In this document: in pieces, positions 13,300 through 26,857 of the stretch | Layout: each line of letters starts with the position of its first letter | Position numbering within the stretch: the first letter of the stretch is position 1 | Source: Eledone cirrhosa | Taxonomy: Eukaryota | Length of the DNA stretch: 64,000 nt | Assembly (NCBI GenBank): GCA_964016885.1 | Contig: OZ024740.1 | Span: forward strand, 320,416,001 to 320,480,000 | Direction: 5' to 3' | Notes under the pieces: model-generated | Seen by the model: the letters and a program-made list of their open reading frames with translations, nothing else | What the model was told of the DNA's origin: nothing | Database searches by the model: none | Position numbers and translations under genes: made by a program

Positions 13300-14070
13300 A
13301 TTCGATTGGAAGCGGCAAAAGAGACGTAGGATCGTTCTTTGGGGAGCCAAGATGGAGGGGTTGTAGGTGAGAGGTTGGGACGGATCCGCGCCGAGTGAAA
13401 TGTCTAGTCATGTATTGATCCTGATTTTCAAAAATTCGTTGGGTTCGGCTACACATGCGGTGGAGACGGAGGAATTGGGAGTAGGGGATGAAGTGTTATG
13501 AGTGGATGGGGTGGGAGGAGTTGGAATCAGTGGATTTGAATTGGGCCAGATTTAATGATGTAGGAGGGGGGGCAAAAGGGGCAATTGCCCTGGGGCCCTT
13601 ACAGTGGGGGGGCACCAGCGACGGCCGTAGCAATTTATTTGTGCCCTCAGCTAGGCTTTTTAGTTTTAGGATGGTTAGAATTTTTTAATTTAATACCTGT
13701 ATGTATAACTTTGTCAAGGTAACTTTGATATGTAAAATGGGGGGGGGGTGCTGTGTTCTAATTTTATGAGTATGAACCCCCACCCCCACCACAACCTGAA
13801 GTGCCCCTGATCCCCCAAGGTCTAAATCCAACTCTGGGCTTGAAGAAGGTGAATGTGATGAGGGAGTGGTCAATATAGACAGAGATGTCTAGGAAGTAGA
13901 AGTGGTGGAGGTAAAGGTGAAGCCGAGGGCGGAGTGGAATGAGCAGAAAAAGAGGAAGGAATCGAGCTGTTCCCAGGTAAGCGAGGTGACGCCGATACAG
14001 TAGTCAATATAGTAGTCGTATAGTTTGGAGGTGGGACCGGTATAATGAGAAAAGATTTGAGCCTCAACAT
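13300..14070 (-). pseudogene. Decayed Penelope-like reverse transcriptase (palm and thumb), interrupted by a MITE
   Basis: Manual minus-strand translation gives VEAQIFSHYTGPTSKLYDYYIDYCIGVTSLTWEQLDSF..FHSALGFT..FLDISV (YIDD region) and PTDSNSSHP..IPYSQFLRLHRMCS..FTRRG. Confidence 0.8.
13543..13836. mobile_element. hAT-like MITE (second copy 28181-28480)
   Basis: The two copies share about 200 bp. Termini resemble CAGAGCCGGATTTA / TAAATCCAACTCTG. Confidence 0.65.
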
Positions 14071-14564
14071 TGCCGAGGAAAAATTGCCGTAGTTGGACCC
14101 ATTCTTGTGTCCACGATCACCTCGGTTACTTGTTGGTAAATCTCTCCCATGAAGAAAAAACAGAATCGAAACAGTTTAAGCTTGGCCGTATGATTTACAT
14201 AGTTAAAACAATACCGACACTTTACAAAGGTAAAGGGTTTTTAACTCCTGATGGAATCATAGGTGTTACAAACCTGATAGGGGTCTTAGGCATTATAAAT
14301 CGGATGCAGTCCATTCCTCTCCGGGTAAAAACACGATCGACTTTTTCTAGAGAAGAAAAATCGACCTTGAACGGATGAAAGGAAAAGTTAACCCCAACGG
14401 GATTTCAACTCGAAGCACATTGAGCTATACCAAATATCGAGAGATTTAGAATCTGACACCCTAGTGACTCTGCTAAATCTCAAACTTATCTACACTTTAT
14501 TTTCCTTAAAATATGCAGTTTGGACATGAATAATGGTTATACTTGTGTCCATTTATACATACGC

Positions 14565-14616
<52 letters not shown>

Positions 14617-14647
14617 TAAATGGAAACTATCTTTATAAAACCATATT

Positions 14648-14711
14648 TATTTTATTATATATATTTCAAGGGTACCAACATTTTTTTGGTACGCTCTCAT
14701 CAGATAAAATA
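14648..14711 (-). ncRNA. Hammerhead ribozyme (mirror of 15218)
   Basis: Reverse complement of the 15218 motif. Confidence 0.8.
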
Positions 14712-15217
14712 CAAAAGTTGTTTTATAGATAGTGACATATCCCAAAACAAGAACTTATCATTTTAAGTAGTGTTTTTTTTTTTAAATTTGATATTCTACC
14801 ACTTCAACACATTTATAATTCTCATATTATATTATAAATACTACCAAAATATATAATTATATAATTAAATAAATAAATACAATTATTTCACTCTCTTTAC
14901 ACCATAACTAATACGATCCATACAATTATATATTAATAATAATAGTCTATTTCTAACTATAATATACTTTTTTCTTATATTCTTCCCTTAAATTTTCTTA
15001 CACCCTAATATTAACCTCTCTCTCTTCTTCCCTTAAAAAATAACACTAATAATTATTTAAATTTACCTAGCGTCTAAATATAACGATCCTTTTCAAATTT
15101 ACGTTATCCTCATTAACATATTCATCTTAAGATTTGAATTTCTTTCACTATTCAAACAGAACTTAAAATGATAAGTTCTTGTTTTTGGATATGTCACTAT
15201 CTATAAAACAACTTTTG

Positions 15218-15281
15218 TATTTTATCTGATGAGAGCGTACCAAAAAAATGTTGGTACCCTTGAAATATATATAATAAAATA
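15218..15281 (+). ncRNA. Minimal type I hammerhead ribozyme
   Basis: TATTTTAT-CTGATGA-GAGcGTACCAA(loop)TTGGTACcCTT-GAAA-T-ATAT-ATA-ATAAAATA, with an 8-bp stem I. Confidence 0.85.
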
Positions 15282-15488
15282 AATATGGTTTTATAAAGAT
15301 AGTTTCCATTTATTAATATTATTGATATTATACTCCAGAAGAATTCTCTAGAGTGCTTCGAATCTGTTATAAATAAATTTGTTGAATAACCAACAAATTA
15401 AATAACTCTTTGCTTATATATATATAGTGATAATAATAAATTTGAAGACTAAAATCCAAAGAGGGCTCCTATATATATATATATATAA

Positions 15489-15735
15489 TGTAATATCAAA
15501 TCCATTGCGTATGGGGCAAAGATTCCACTCAACACCATAGAAAATTCTGAAGTTAGTGAAAGATATATCGGTATGGTGCAAGATCGGTATAAAAACAACG
15601 TTTTTACTCGCATCTCCGCTCCTTCAGTAATCTTGATATGAGAATCAGCACGGCCTTGGAAAAAGGAATCTGGCAATTAAAGTAGAAAGGAGTCCTATAT
15701 AAGATACTTGGAAGGTCCTTGAAAGGTCAACAGCC
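15489..15735 (+). pseudogene. PLE GIY-YIG endonuclease relic
   Basis: Translates with frameshifts as CNIKSIAYGAKI..SERYIGMVQDRY/KQRFYSHLRSFSNLDMRISTALEKGIWQLK*KGVLYKI/WKVLERS. Confidence 0.82.
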
Positions 15736-16040
15736 ACATGAGTCTCGACAGCAGAGCATGCTGATAGAGCTATGCTTTAAATTTCCTAGGAAGCCCTGAA
15801 TTTTCGATTCTCCTCGGTCATTCATTTATCTGCCTTTCCGAATTTGTACCGTCGTTCCTGTCAGAAAGTGAACCATCGAACCTCTTCCCAGCCTCCACCC
15901 GTTTTGCCTTCTCCTGGGTTATGGTTGTCACACTGAGATCATCCATGAAACTTCTTACTGGGTATTGTTAGACTCATGATACCATGCTTGGTCCTTGGGA
16001 TTCGTTACCGTCAGTTTTTATAAGTAAAGCTGTTCCTATG
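15725..16040 (-). pseudogene. HERO-like (R2-group) RT fragment
   Basis: The minus strand gives PVRSFMDDLSVTT and SGLPRKFKA*LYQHALLSRLMWLLT. Confidence 0.72.
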
Positions 16041-16847
16041 ATGAGGAAGTAAAACCTGTTATTTAACTAGTTAGAATGTGAATATGTTAAAGTATTTAGT
16101 TTCAGCCATGTTGCTTTTAAGGCTTAGATTCCAGGAGTTTACAACAAGTTAGGTATATGTATGTAACATATAGTGAGGTAGATAAATATATATGCCAGGT
16201 CCGAACACCCACTGTTACTGCCTCCGTCTCTCCCGCTCTCTCCCATCTCTCACTATTATGAGCAAATAGGAGCCCGCGCGTTGGCTGAACCGCGTTCCCA
16301 CGGCCCCGGTGGACTGGTCGCCCCGCGACCCCAGCGGATAGAATAGAGAAGATTATTGTTAAAAAGTAAAAGTGAAAAAACACAGAAGTATATTTAAAGA
16401 TTATTTTTTTCTCTAATCCGAGAGAATGAATAACTTTATGTTACATTAAGGGGTTTTAAATTTTGTCAAATATTACCAAATATTAATTAATGGATATTAA
16501 CGAAAGTTTTTTTCATATATTCTGTGAATATTTTGAATATATGTGAATTTTCAGTCAAAATTTCTTTTTTTTTTTATATCTGTTCGTTATGAAGGTGTGG
16601 TAGTGAAGGTAAAATTGGGGTTTAACAGGTCAAGATTCAATTGAATTCACTTGGTTAAATAGAAAATTCTTTTACTATTCATGATCCAAGTGGTTTTTTT
16701 TTATGAGTGTGTGTGGTTTTTGGTATGAATATTTAGGTGGGGTTCGGGTGAGTCAATAGTTTGTGACAAAAGGTCAGTGGTTTCGGGATTTGTGAAAGGA
16801 GCTAAAGAAAAAGCTAAGATTGATACAGAATGTTTCTTATGTTTTGT

Positions 16848-16997
<150 letters not shown>

Positions 16998-17486
16998 TGT
17001 GCGTGTGCGTGTGTGTACCCCCTGGGTCAAGAGATCAAAAATCTTTAGGGTTTGCAGATAAAAGCGAGGATAAAAATATAAATATTTATATAGGTATAAA
17101 TTTGATTTAAATGGGTCCTTGTTGGGTGCAAAGGGTGGGTTTCTGAAGAATTTGTAGAAGAAGAGAAGGAAAAGGGAAGAAAAGATAGAAAGAAAGGATG
17201 AAAAGGAAGGAAAAAATGTTTTTAGTAGGAAGGAGTTACCTTGGAGTTTTGATATTTTCCTTTTACCTTATGGTGTGTGATTGCAAATGTTTGCATGCAG
17301 GTGTGTGTAAATTGGTTATTTCCATCCATAGATCACTATTTAGTGTCGAATTGGCGGACAGTTACATATTTAATTGTGGTTTTGTATATATACTCTCTGA
17401 GTTCAAATCGCACCGAGGTCAACATCCTTTCGCAATCAATAAATATAAAATATAAAAGAGAAAAACAGTTCAATATCTGAGTCGAT

Positions 17487-17586
<100 letters not shown>

Positions 17587-17719
17587 AGAAGAAATGTGGT
17601 GTGTTCTGAGCTGGAGAGTTATGGGCTTCACCAAGTTTAAACCGTCCATGACGTTACGTAACAACAGTGAGTCTACGACTCCATCAAGACTTAATGGTAC
17701 CATAGTTGCATAATAGCGC

Positions 17720-17832
<113 letters not shown>

Positions 17833-18064
17833 TAATAGATAGATAGATATGTATGTGTGTGCGCGCGTGTGTGTGTCTGTATATATACATATATACGTAT
17901 ATAAATATATAGAGAGATATATGTGTGTGTATGCGTATATATATACATATATATATATATGTGTGTGTATTTTGTGTTAAGTATTTCTGTAGAAAAGGTA
18001 AAGAAAAGAAGAGTGCTCTATGTATAGTACAGAGCTATTTAATTACATAATAACAAAATATAAT

Positions 18065-18129
18065 TATTCCATTACCAAAGGTTTCAAGAAACTAGACGAT
18101 TCTTACAGAAACGTTCATCAGATGAAATA
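18065..18129 (-). ncRNA. Hammerhead-like motif
   Basis: TATTTCAT-CTGATGA-(irregular stem II)-GAAACC-TTT-GGTA-ATGGAATA. Confidence 0.62.
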
Positions 18130-18156
18130 GTTATCTAATATATATATTATATATAT

Positions 18157-18187
<31 letters not shown>

Positions 18188-18249
18188 ACATATATATGTG
18201 TGTGCGTATGTGTATATACATATATATATATATAAATATATGTATATCA

Positions 18250-18446
18250 TTATTTAATATAGAAAATGGCTTCTACGGGACTAGAACGGTTTCATTCATA
18301 TGAAATCAGGAATGAAATCATACGAATGAAACAGTTCTAGTCCTGTAGAAGCCCTTTTCTATATTAAATAATGATGTTTACTCCTCTCTACTAATGTATT
18401 GAATGCCTTATTTACTGTGGTTACCCATGATTTAACTCGGGATTTA
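18250..18446. mobile_element. Fold-back element family F3 (copies 19978-20160, 20378-20568, 23040-23077, 38216-38335)
   Basis: Shared AGAAATGGCTTCTAYAGGACTAGAACTGTTTCATTC. The 20378 copy has the apex TCATCAG-aaagt-CTGATGA. Confidence 0.78.
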
Positions 18447-18485
18447 TCTCTCTCTCTCTCTCTCTCACTCTCTCTCTCATCTCTC

Positions 18486-18559
<74 letters not shown>

Positions 18560-18641
18560 ACTATTACTAATTCTCACTTATTCCTAATTAAACTATTTTT
18601 CACTGTGAACAATTTGTCAGCATTTTCTATTCCGTTTACCA

Positions 18642-18674
<33 letters not shown>

Positions 18675-18987
18675 AAAAGACGTAAAATAAGAACATTTTT
18701 AAAAAAAAATTTTTTTTTTAAATTAACTTACTTAAATTTTCACTCTCAACTAATTAGTTTTCTGCAATGGGATAAAAGACAGTTACGTAATGAACTGTTG
18801 AGAATTTCATTGCGTCATCAATTTTTTTTTTTTTAATTTTTTAAAAAGAATTTTCTCATTTTACGTCTTTTATATTATTGTTCTGCATTCTCCTGCATTG
18901 AACCACCTAAGTACTATGACATAACCTGTGTATTTGCTGGGCATTAGCGTACATCTGTGCGCTTATGTTAGTAGATATATTAAATTA

Positions 18988-19036
<49 letters not shown>

Positions 19037-19062
19037 TATATATATATATATATATATATATG

Positions 19063-19604
19063 TAGATAAATCTACCAAGAGTTTACGGTAGTGTCCAATC
19101 CGTATGAAGAACTCAATATAATCCGGATATCATGGAAAGAAGAGATGCATTCAAAAATCACTTTCGGTGAAAGATAAACGGAATACAGAGTCAAGATAAA
19201 ATATTTAAAAAAATGAATAAAACAATGAAACAGTTCCTTATATTAAACAAAAAAAGTTCATTATTTAACGATCGTTTCTAGGACATATATGTGTAAGAAT
19301 TGGTATGCATATTCAACAGATCTATGTACAAAATTATACAAAATTATACAAATTATCAAATATAATATACATACCAACACATACATATGCCGTCTTCAGA
19401 AATAATCATTATTTCTGAAGACCGCATATGTATGTGTTGGTATGTATATTATATTTGATAATTTGTATAATTTTGTATAATTTTGTACATAGATCTGTTG
19501 AATATGCATACCAATTCTTACACATATATGTCCTAGAAACGATCGTTAAATAATGAACTTTTTTTGTTTAATATAAGGAACTGTTTCATTGTTTTATTCA
19601 TTTT

Positions 19605-19617
<13 letters not shown>
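19063..19617. mobile_element. Near-perfect palindrome (arms about 210 bp) with a long-stem-II hammerhead in each arm
   Basis: Apex at 19407. Hammerheads at 19408-19554 (+) and 19260-19406 (-). Confidence 0.88.
19408..19554 (+). ncRNA. Hammerhead ribozyme with an extended stem II of about 115 nt
   Basis: ATTATTT-CTGAAGA-[long hairpin]-GAAAC-GATC-GTT-AAATAAT. Confidence 0.78.
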
Positions 19618-19650
<33 letters not shown>

Positions 19651-19781
19651 TATATATTATATATATAAAACAAAGGTGTACTCTCTCTATATATATACTA
19701 CCCTAAGTATAGATTACACTAAGTATAGATTGTAATCTATACTTAGGGCAGTATATATATATATATAGAATACACCTTCTT

Positions 19782-19825
<44 letters not shown>

Positions 19826-19912
19826 AAGAAGGTGTACTCTATATATATATACTACCCTAAGTATAGATTACACTTTCTTATATATACAATATATATATAC
19901 ACACACACACAC

Positions 19913-19966
<54 letters not shown>

Positions 19967-20744
19967 ATCTTTATTATTTATACAGGACTAAAACTGCTTA
20001 ATTCGTATGATATTATCATAATGCACTCATACGAATGAAACAGATTTACTCTATAGAAATCATTTCTATATATAATAAAGATGCCTATACTCTACCAACG
20101 TATTGGCCGCCTTTTTTAACTGTGATTCCCCTCCCCTACACAACTGGGGACCCTACATATTATGTTATACATATATACATATACATATGTGTGCGTGTGT
20201 GTGTGTGTGTGTAGGTTCGATCTGTATCGATCGTGCCCGATCGATACAGATCGAACCTTGAGCTGATATATCGCGAAACGCGGGTCACACCTCAATAAAT
20301 GTAATGAAAATTTAACACCTCTTTCATATTATTATTATTTCATAAATATATATATATATATGTGTGTGTGTGTGTTTAATATACGTTCAATCGGGAATAA
20401 CCACAGTAAGTAAAGTACTCAATACATAGCAGAGTATAAATATTTAATATAGAAATGGCTTCTATAGGACTAGAACTGTTTCATTCGGGAGAAATCATCA
20501 GAAAGTCTGATGATTTCTCCCAAATGAAAGAGTTCTAGTCCTGCAGAAGCCATTTCTATATTAAATATATATATATAACGAAGGAATTGTGGTAAGGAAC
20601 CAGATGGACCATAACGCACCAGAGTACTCAATACTTAGGGTAGTAGAGTGGGTAATAGGAAAAAGTATGACCCCGACGGCAGAGCTCAAGTCCAGAAATA
20701 GGCGTCGAAACGGCTTGAACTCTGCCGTCGGGGTCATACTTTTT

Positions 20745-20815
<71 letters not shown>

Positions 20816-21298
20816 TTATATATATATACACACACATATATATATATATATACACACACACATATATATATATATACACACACACATACATACACACAAA
20901 CATACATACACACACACATAGATACTCATACATACATACACATACATACATACATACACACATATACATACACACATACACACATAGATACATACACACA
21001 CATACATACACACACACACATACACACACACCTATAATTATATCTACACTGTCAGCTATATGAAATCCATTCTTACCTGCTAATCTTGCATCCGTCTCTA
21101 CCTTCTTACATATCCAACTTATGTAATTCTAACATTATTTCATATACACTCACATTTACTTGCTCTCCACCTTCCTCATTCTCTCTTTGTCTTCTCTCTC
21201 CCTCCCACCCACTCTCCCTCTGGTTTTGTGTGTGTCTCTCTGTATTTTTTCTTCCTCTCTCCCACCACCGCACCCAGCTACATATATACGTGTGTATA

Positions 21299-21342
<44 letters not shown>

Positions 21343-21381
21343 ACCGCCGCACCCAACTATATATATACGTGTGTGTATATA

Positions 21382-21457
<76 letters not shown>

Positions 21458-21494
21458 TATATATATATATATATACATGTATATACATATACAC

Positions 21495-21623
<129 letters not shown>

Positions 21624-21654
21624 CACACATATACATACATATATATATATACAC

Positions 21655-21685
<31 letters not shown>

Positions 21686-21704
21686 CATATATATACATAT
21701 ATAC

Positions 21705-21737
<33 letters not shown>

Positions 21738-21799
21738 ATATATATATATACACACACATATATATACATATATATATATATATACACACATATATATAC

Positions 21800-21844
<45 letters not shown>

Positions 21845-21890
21845 TATACATATACACATATATATATATATACATATAGTATATATATAC

Positions 21891-21960
<70 letters not shown>

Positions 21961-21964
<4 letters not shown>

Positions 21965-22035
21965 CCTTGTCCGACGAACGAATGAGGACGTTTTTCGTAT
22001 TCGTCTTATTCGGGAAACCTCTGGTAATGAGGTAA
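21961..22035 (+). ncRNA. Hammerhead-like motif with a U4 to C core variant
   Basis: GTTGCCTTGT-CCGACGA-A-CGAATGAGGACG..CGTCTTATTCG-G-GAAACC-TCT-GGTA-ATGAGGTAAT. All three stems pair when G-U is allowed. Confidence 0.65.
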
Positions 22036-22058
22036 TTATATTGTATTGTTTATTATAC

Positions 22059-22100
<42 letters not shown>

Positions 22101-22569
22101 TAAAAGGAAAAGAAAATGCTGACACATTTTTCCCAGTGAAAAATAGTTTAATTAGGAATAAGTAAAAATTAGTAATAAGTATTGGTTAGTATTCAGTTTT
22201 GGTTTTAAGTTTTTACCGATTGCGCATTTCTAATGCTTTTCAAAGATAATTTTGAGATAGAGCTCCCGTGATGTTTGCTCTAATATATATATATATACAC
22301 ACACATATATATACACACGTATATATGTAGCTGGGTGCGGTGGTGGGACAGAGGAAGAAAAAATACAGAGAGACACACACAAAACCAGAGGGAGAGTGGG
22401 TGGGAGGGAGAGAGAAGACAAAGAGAGAATGAGGAAGGTGGAGAGCAAGTAAATGTGAGTGTATATGAAATAATGTTAGAATTACATAAGTTGGATATGT
22501 AAGAAGGTAGAGACGAATGCAAGCTTAGCAGGTAAGGATGGATTTCATATAGCTGACAGTGTAGATATA

Positions 22570-22597
<28 letters not shown>

Positions 22598-22603
<6 letters not shown>

Positions 22604-22987
22604 TTGTTAAACAATATTCAATGATTATGTCAAAGAATGAGTTTTACAGTAGATTGGAAGCACTCAACGAAAAATAATTTTCTGGAGTTATTAATATTAA
22701 AATATAAGTATTAATAAAATAGATGTTCTTTTGATCAATTAGATTTTATTATACATATTTCGGATGTACAACAGTACGTCCTCATCAGACAAAATATAAT
22801 GATACATGACATACCCTGAGATGTTAAATGGTTAAGATTTAAATTTTAACCATTTAACATCTCAGGCTATGTCATGTATCATTATATTTTGTCTGATGAG
22901 GACGTACTGTTGTACATCCGAAATATGTATAATAAAATCTAATTGATCAAAAGAACATCTATTTTATTAATACTTATATTTTAATAT
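22598..22987. mobile_element. Palindromic F2-related element with two hammerheads
   Basis: Apex at about 22840, hammerheads at 22886-22938 (+) and 22743-22795 (-), and AAGCACTC at 22658. Confidence 0.88.
22886..22938 (+). ncRNA. Minimal type I hammerhead ribozyme
   Basis: ATTTTGT-CTGATGA-GGAcGTAC-tgtt-GTACaTCC-GAAA-TATGTATA-ATAAAAT. Confidence 0.85.
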
Positions 22988-23000
22988 ATATATGTATATA

Positions 23001-23041
<41 letters not shown>

Positions 23042-23073
23042 TTAATATAGAAATGGCTTCTAGAGGACTAGAA

Positions 23074-23157
<84 letters not shown>

Positions 23158-23380
23158 ATAATAATAAATTTGAAGACTAAAATCCAAAGAGGGCTCAATA
23201 AGGATAAATATATATCAAATATATAAGAACCGTAGAGCAAATATTTATTAAAATAACAGATTAAAGTTTAAGCAAAGAATCGCTGCTTTCACCCTTAACG
23301 GGATCTTCTGAAACTGAAGATCCCGTTAAGGGTGAAAGCAACGATTCTTTGCTTAAACTTTAATCTGTTATTTTAATAAA

Positions 23381-23448
<68 letters not shown>

Positions 23449-23483
23449 AAAGAATAGAGGTGTAACACACAAGTTATTATATA

Positions 23484-23975
23484 TTGGTAAACGGAATAGA
23501 AAATGCTGACAAATTGTTCACAGTTGAAAAATGGTTTAATTAGGAATAAAAGAGTATTAGTGATTGTATGGGTTAGTATTCAGTTGTGGTTTTAAGTTTT
23601 TAAGTACCGGTTGCGCATTTCTAAATGCTTTTCAAAAATAATTTTGAGATAGAGTGTCCGTGTTGTTTGCTCTGATCTGATTAGTTTTGGGAATTCTACC
23701 TGTTTTTATGTTAAAAAAGTGGCTCCAGCGTTACTTTGGTGTTGCAAAAATTCTTGTGGTCAAAACAATTTTGATTGGTCGGTAGAGGTCATGTGAATGT
23801 AAAAAATTGATTTTGCGCCAAGACTGTTTTTATGTTAAAAAAGTGGCTCCAGCGCTATTTGGTGTTTGCAAAAATTCTTGTGGTCAAAACAATTTTGATT
23901 GGTCGGTAGAGGTCATGTGAATAAAAAATTGGTTTTGCGCCAAGATTGAGAAATGACTCTTTCACAACAAATATG
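23484..23975. repeat. Interspersed repeat (partial copies about 18557-18645 and 22108-22282) with an internal tandem duplication of about 123 bp
   Basis: 23700-23823 is repeated at 23824-23945. The copies share AGAAAATGCTGACAAATTGTTCACAG. Confidence 0.75.
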
Positions 23976-24069
23976 TGTGTGTGTGTGTGTGTGTGTGTAG
24001 TAGTAGTAGTAAGGTGTTCGATGTTGTGATAATGGTTAGCAGGGATGTGTGTCAAATGGCTATTAAGAT

Positions 24070-24121
<52 letters not shown>

Positions 24122-24499
24122 AGCAGAGTAATTCGTGGTAGCAGGGATGGTCAGTAAGAATGTATCTGAAAGCAATGGGGGGTATTTTAGCATGTCAAAA
24201 GATATTTTTCAGCTTTTGTCTTATACGGAGAAGTGCGTGTGTGTGTGTATAAGTCTCTTTGTATGTTAATGTACGCGTGTGTATGTGTGTGTGTATATAT
24301 GTGTGTGTGTATGTGTGTGTGTGTGTGTGTGTATGTGTGTGTGTGTGTGTGGGTGGACCAGTATTTTTTTCCCCCTGGTAAAATGGTGTACATTATTCGA
24401 TTTTTTCAGTAAAATCGGTTCTCTTAATAGAACATCAAAAATCTTAACAATAAAAGGTGTGAAATGATATTCACTACATATATATACACATACATATAT

Positions 24500-24572
<73 letters not shown>

Positions 24573-24733
24573 GCATACAGGTACACATACATATATGCAC
24601 GCATCAGTTTAGCCGACGTTTATTATAACGCCTGCTTTGTTCGTTTGTTTGTCAACAAATCGAACAGCCTGAATTTATGCCATACGGTGTTAAGGCAACC
24701 ACGTCACCTTTTTGTTCAACACTGACACAGGAA

Positions 24734-24774
24734 CGATGTACTAGTTTCAAGCTTGTTAGCTATCATCAGCACCG
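24734..24774 (-). ncRNA. Minimal type I hammerhead ribozyme
   Basis: CGGTG-CTGATGA-TAGC-taacaa-GCTT-GAAAC-TA-GTA-CATCG, lying in the spacer of the inverted repeat 24565-24890. Confidence 0.85.
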
Positions 24775-24882
24775 TTTACCCATCTGCCAGATAGTTGAAC
24801 GTTCGAACAAACGAACAAAGTAGGCGTTATAATAAACGTCGGCTAAACTGATGCGTGCATATATGTATGTGTACCTGTATGC

Positions 24883-24933
<51 letters not shown>

Positions 24934-25043
24934 TGCTACTGTACGTCTGTATACATATATGTATGTACGTATACATACTTACATTTAAGTAAGTGCCATA
25001 CTAAGAGTGAGAAATGAAATTTCGTTTTCATTATTTTTCAACT

Positions 25044-25074
<31 letters not shown>

Positions 25075-25864
25075 ATTTTAGAAAGAAATACTCCTCTCTC
25101 TTTCATTTTTTAGCTCTCTTTCGTTCTCCTTCTCCCTCTCTCTCCTTCTCTCTATCTTTCACTCTTTCTCTTCCTCACTCTCCTTCTCCTCCCTTTCTCT
25201 CTTTTCCCCCTATCTCTCCTTTTTCCTCTCTCTTTTTCTCCCTCCTCTCTCTCCTTTTCCCTCCCTCTGTCTTTTTCTCACTCCTCACTCTCTCCTTTTC
25301 CCTCCCTCTCTATCTTTCTCCCTCCCCACTCTCTCTCCTCCCGCCCCTCCTTTTCCCTCTTTCTTCTCTTTTCCCTCTCTCTCACCCTCCTTCTCCTTCC
25401 TCTCCTTTCTCTTCTCTCTCTCTTTCCCCTTCTCCTTCCCCTCCCTTTCTCCTCTCTCTCTCTCCCTCTTCTCTTCTCTCTCCCTAACTCTTCTTTCCCT
25501 ATCCCTCTGTCTTTTAGCCAGTTTCAAAACACCCACACAGACAACTAGACAGACAACTAGACAGACAGATAGACAGATAGATAGATTGAAGATGCATTGA
25601 TAGATAGAGAGGGGGGAGGGCGCGTATCTCTTTTCCTTTCTTTTTCTTTATTCAATACTTTCTTTCGCTGTTGGGTGGTGGCTTGTGATTACATGTTCGC
25701 TGTGGGGGGGGGGGGGGGGGCTTGGCAGATTAAAGTGTCACGTAAAATGCTTTGTGATATATGTTCCAGTTCGTTAGGTTCTAAGTTCAACTCCAGGCAA
25801 CGTCAATTTTTACCTTTCATACTTTCGAGGACTACAAAATAAAGTGCCAGTCAAGTAATGTTGT

Positions 25865-26272
25865 GTCACCATTTCTAGTGGCAACCTGGTGTGTTCAGTT
25901 AGCAACCCATGCTCTGCTGCCCGCCAAGCTGAATAGGGCACACTGTACATGTGTCAGCCGCTCTCTCATACGTTTGTGGTTGAGCCTGTAGCAATGGAAA
26001 TTTCTGGCGTCCTTGGCTCCCCGGACCACATCCTTACTGCTATCGGAGCAGAGTTGGCTGCCTGCAGGGGTGAGCCCTGTGAGGTGGAGTGGCTGTGCCA
26101 GCGCGTCTACATCGCCATTCTCCGGACCAAGAGGCGGAGAGTAAGTTAGTTGGAGGTGGAGGATAATAGTTCAGTCGTCATACACATACTTTAACTCTGT
26201 ATCTTGAAACTTCCCTTGATTTATCTTACTTACTGTCAACTATTTCTTCTAGTAAAAGTGTATAAAAAAAAG
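25865..26272 (+). mobile_element. CRE-clade non-LTR retrotransposon 3' relic
   Basis: SAARQAE...FVVEPVAMEISGVLG...GEPCEVEWLCQRVYIAILR resembles the CRE C-terminal pattern P.A.ET.G..G...QR.SIA..RGN. The end is A-rich. Confidence 0.68.
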
Positions 26273-26275
26273 ACC

Positions 26276-26578
26276 ATGAGATTTGAACCTAGAAATTTCC
26301 CCTCGGGGCACAATCCGAGCCAGGTTGTTTGTGGAAGACCAGCAGTCACCCATGCATACCAGCCTCCAATCTTCACGCCACCAATGTTGTCCAAGGGAAA
26401 GGCAATGGCCGATACTGCTTGGCACCAGTGACGTTGCAACTCATTTCTACAGCTAAGTAAACTGGAGTAACGTGAAAAATAAGTGTTTAGCTCAAGAAAA
26501 CAACGTACAGCCCGGTCCGAGAATCGAACTCAACCTCACGATTGTAAGCCCGACGCTCTAACCACTAAGCCATGCGTC
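26276..26578 (-). mobile_element. tRNA-derived SINE
   Basis: The minus strand has an A box (TGGCTTAGTGG) and a B box (GAGTTCGATTC) followed by a non-tRNA body. Confidence 0.8.
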
Positions 26579-26857
26579 TGTATATATGTACTTATTTATT
26601 GACAAGCAGTTGCCTGGTGTGTAACATGAAACCACATTAGCCAGACATGATGTGACATTGGAAATTAAAGTCTTTGCTCTAATACAGTATATTTCCATAG
26701 TAATATGTTAACTAGTAAAGATAATATAAACATTTGTTTAATCGATTGTTGATCTGTATTAATATGTAAAGTGACAGCATGACCATATATGTCGACAGTC
26801 GATCGACAAGATCCCAGACCTCATTCACTTAACGAGTGGGGTGGATCTCATCAAATT

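Larger units (their letters stand above)
14608..15415. mobile_element. Inverted-arm pLTR-like element, family F2, in (TA)n
   Basis: 14608-14767 is the inverted copy of about 15160-15320, and each arm has a hammerhead. The right arm extends to GAGTGCTT (15351) and then (TA)n. Confidence 0.85.
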
